Assembly: GCA_002633005.1 (NCBI GenBank)
Contig: NMRA01000314.1
Location: forward strand, 220,898-284,897
Direction of reading: 5' to 3'
DNA from: Phoronis australis
Taxonomy: Eukaryota; Animalia; Phoronida
DNA: 64,000 nt
Shown here: positions 61,593 to 64,000 of the stretch, piece by piece
Position numbering within the stretch: position 1 is the first letter of the stretch
Layout of the letters: the number at the start of each line of letters is the position of its first letter
Program-made: the position numbers and the translations under genes
The notes under the pieces: model-generated
The model's database searches: none
Told to the model about the DNA's origin: nothing
The model's input: the letters and a program-made list of their open reading frames with translations, nothing else

Positions 61593-63892
61593 TGAATGTG
61601 GAAGGTATACTATAAAATCGATTGTAGCCCAATGAAGCAAAAAATCCACTTCGAATAAAGCGAGTATGATCATAAACAATGAAAACAATAAACGACACTA
61701 GAGAACTTGTTTCATTTGTCACCATCACCCATCAATTAGATGTAGTCAAACAACTTTACTTCAGCATGGAAGTCTCTCGTGCCACTGATCAAGGGCACAT
61801 GTTGTAAACACTGATTTCCTGTTCTAACTGATGGAATAACTTTGCTACCCAGATGTGTTGAATGAAACCCTGGACGGTTTAGGACTTCTTTAAACCATGG
61901 ATTAATTAACTAAAAGCATCCGGCTAATATGGCTATTATCTTGGGACTTACATACTAATATGGCTATTATCTTGGGACTTACAGGTTACTCGTGATATTG
62001 TTTGGGCTAATTATGAAGATATAAAATCACCAGCAGACAATATTTTGGAGTTTTCAATTTTTCAATATTGACCGCTCACTGACCACTGCTATGGTAATGT
62101 CATGTCAATTCCTTGCAGAACTTTTTGTGAAGTAATAGAGATGCCAAGGTGATTCCATTCTAGGATCTCTGTGTTCACAAGCCAATACTTTATCACTGCA
62201 CCACCAGCACGTTACCAAACTCAAGTCTTCTAAAGATTTTTTATGTTATCTAAATTCTGACTTTACATTTGCTTTCAAAAAACAGTAAAATATAAATCAC
62301 CAGTAAATGCAAACCCACTACAAAACGCTTTCCAGTTCCCTCCATCAGGCCAGTAATGGTAGTAAATGCACTAAAGATCAAAAGGTTAAAATGTTCCTTA
62401 ACTTTCAATACAAGGTCATTTGCTAAAGTTTATAATTGCATGACAAGTGCCGTTAACCGGTAACGATTATTTCTTGGGAAGGAATACCTGAAGTCATGAA
62501 CCACCAATTCTAAATTTACCAGGAGTACACTACCTTCAGGGTAGTCCAAGGTCATGCATTGTTGCCTGCTAAGCCATCTCAAACTTATTTTACCTATTAA
62601 ATTTTACGTTTTGATCTTCACAAGGGCATTTACTACCAATGATCGCTCCAGACTCACCCCAAAAAGTAATTCTGTAACACTGTAGTCAGACTCGGCAATA
62701 GTTTGATATAACGTGCCCGTATTTTGAGAACCAGTTTACGCCCGTTATTCAGTGGAGAAAACTGGTTCTCAAAATTCGGGCACATTATATCGGACCATTA
62801 CCGTCGGACTCACCTCAAAGTAAGTAGTACCACAGTATTCTGTAACACCGTAGTCAAGACTCACCTCAAAGTAAGTATCACAGTATTCCGCCACAATGTA
62901 GTCAGACTTGGGCTTATTTTCACAGTACTTCACATACATGTACAGCCGTCTCTCCTGGGAACAAAAACAGTACCAAGTAAACTCATCAACATCTATCTAA
63001 TATAAACTTTCATACACAATATCACACTCTCATTCCCTCAATGGCTTGTCTTGGTGATCTCAATATAGATAAAAAATGTAAGCCACTAATTAAATATCAA
63101 TTTTAAGCAACCAATACCAGAAAAAAAATTAAAGATGCATTTTGTTTGTTTAGCTGACTAAAATAATATCGAAATAATCCTTTAACTCTCATAAAATACC
63201 TTATCATGATAGGATTCTATTTATTCACCAGCTAGAGTCACAGGCAATGTGTGCAGTACGTGCGCCATTTTTGAATTTGTAATTTCAGGGTTGGCCAACC
63301 TCAATGAGCTCAGAAGCGGTTTCTTGAGTCTCGAATGATTTCAATGTTCGTCTTTCTAACGAAAATATAATCTTGTCACTGTACGGTATTTTATGAGAGT
63401 AAAAGACCGCGCTTGTATTTGGCGTTTTAGCCACCCTCACTACATTGAGGTCATAAATTGTCAAATATAACAGCTGATTGACTTTTATCTCATCACCACT
63501 AGCAGCCTCAGAGTGTTTAAATTGCCACATTCTAACTGTAAACTCGTGGGTTAACACCCCGGGCGCTTAAATTAGGAAACCCTGAGACAGGGGGTGGGCG
63601 ATTACCTGGGCTTGGGCATTAACCCGCGAGTTTACGGTATATTGCTAGGACCGGCTGGATACTCCATTACATCCAGAATAACAAGAATCCATTCCCAGGA
63701 AGCCTTGAAGTACAAACATAAACAAATATTCCATCTTAATTCAAAACATCTGTATATTTTTGTTCCTTTCCTATTAAGATGACTTTATGCCTCATAAGTC
63801 AACCACAACACCAGTAACTCACGTATCTGATAAACAACATTCCCAGTCTGTCTGGGTCTTCCAAACATCTCTCAATTTCTTTGCAGAAGGTT
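47478..63892 (-). CDS. TRIO: Trio/Kalirin RhoGEF-kinase, 3' part (DH2-PH2-SH3-Ig-FN3-kinase); exons 63823-63892, 62865-62954, 60511-60732, 59891-60094, 59006-59183, 58078-58123, 57379-57850, 56567-56749, 55783-55947, 54506-54721, 53851-53947, 53396-53527, 52295-52547, 51434-51634, 50763-50901, 50251-50426, 49651-49830, 48605-48743, [47840-47867], last exon 47478-47492; 5' end outside the window
   Basis: [17 protein letters not shown] and [18 protein letters not shown] (DH); [15 protein letters not shown] (PH); [16 protein letters not shown] (SH3); CKVCGRPRP (Ig); [17 protein letters not shown] (FN3); [25 protein letters not shown] and GSAEFSAPE (kinase). Confidence 0.93.
50925..50980. repeat. 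11-bp tandem repeat (agacaatgggc)
   Basis: About 5 copies just inside the intron, next to a Trio acceptor. Confidence 0.85.
51788..51912. repeat. 29-bp tandem repeat (caagtcaagtcaccccattgtgttgtaca)
   Basis: About 4 copies. Confidence 0.85.
52550..52671. repeat. 38-bp tandem repeat including the polypyrimidine tract of a Trio acceptor
   Basis: acagagggagacaccgatacgtgtgatttcaaataaat x3, abutting the AG at 52548-52549 on the minus strand. Confidence 0.9.
54990..55537 (+). mobile_element. Probable non-autonomous Helentron/HINE-like element with a terminal palindrome
   Basis: Ends with the perfect 24-bp palindrome cttggcgaaattaatttcgccaag followed by taataa. Internal aaaatggccacc and aaatttcgtgatgattggac words. 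The left boundary is uncertain. Confidence 0.45.
58226..58750. mobile_element. ~525-bp MITE with 15-bp imperfect TIRs and 6-bp TSD (taatga), inserted into a short tandem repeat
   Basis: taatga|cagcgttttctcgtt ... aactggaaaacgccg|taatga. The same tgagcacagtaatggtacggtgatacaag repeat continues on both sides. Confidence 0.7.
61546..61592. repeat. (AAT)n microsatellite
   Basis: Direct reading. It explains the poly-Y spurious ORF. Confidence 0.95.
63535..63640. mobile_element. Small TA-flanked MITE (actgtaaactcgtgggttaa ... ttaacccgcgagtttacggta)
   Basis: Imperfect inverted repeats of ~20 bp. Confidence 0.6.
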
Positions 63893-64000
63893 CTGAAAAA
63901 GAAATCAGCTCAACTTAACACCTACCAAGCTTCCTAGCAGATTCCTGCTTTGACAAAACACTTCAAATATTAGTTCATCCCTTTGACTTGGAACAATGGA

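Overview
This window is animal genomic DNA, probably from a marine invertebrate. It is AT-rich, has spliceosomal GT-AG introns and carries many MITEs and satellites, so most short ORFs in the supplied track are spurious or exon fragments. Four genes were reconstructed by hand from splice sites and phases. (1) A 5-exon, + strand gene (5825-13536, ~1721 aa). It encodes a low-complexity N-terminus, a Pol-beta-superfamily GlnD/DUF294-like nucleotidyltransferase with intact GS...SDLE motif, a helical partner domain and ~20 TPR repeats. All of the folded domains lie in one 4.4-kb exon. This is the most unusual element and a candidate sensor-enzyme (immune or signalling) system. (2) An MFS transporter of the SLC49A4/DIRC2 (FLVCR) family (+, 12 exons, 17165-27269, one GC-AG intron). 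(3) The E3 ligase RNF41/NRDP1 (+, 7 exons, 35579-41037). (4) The 3' half of a Trio/Kalirin RhoGEF-kinase (-, 47478 to >63892). The window also holds a decayed LINE with an N-flanked duplication, a Hero-like non-LTR fragment, tRNA-SINEs, several MITE families, satellites and divergent arrays of CTCF-like motifs. Degenerate 'echo' duplications of exon/intron junctions recur across three of the genes.
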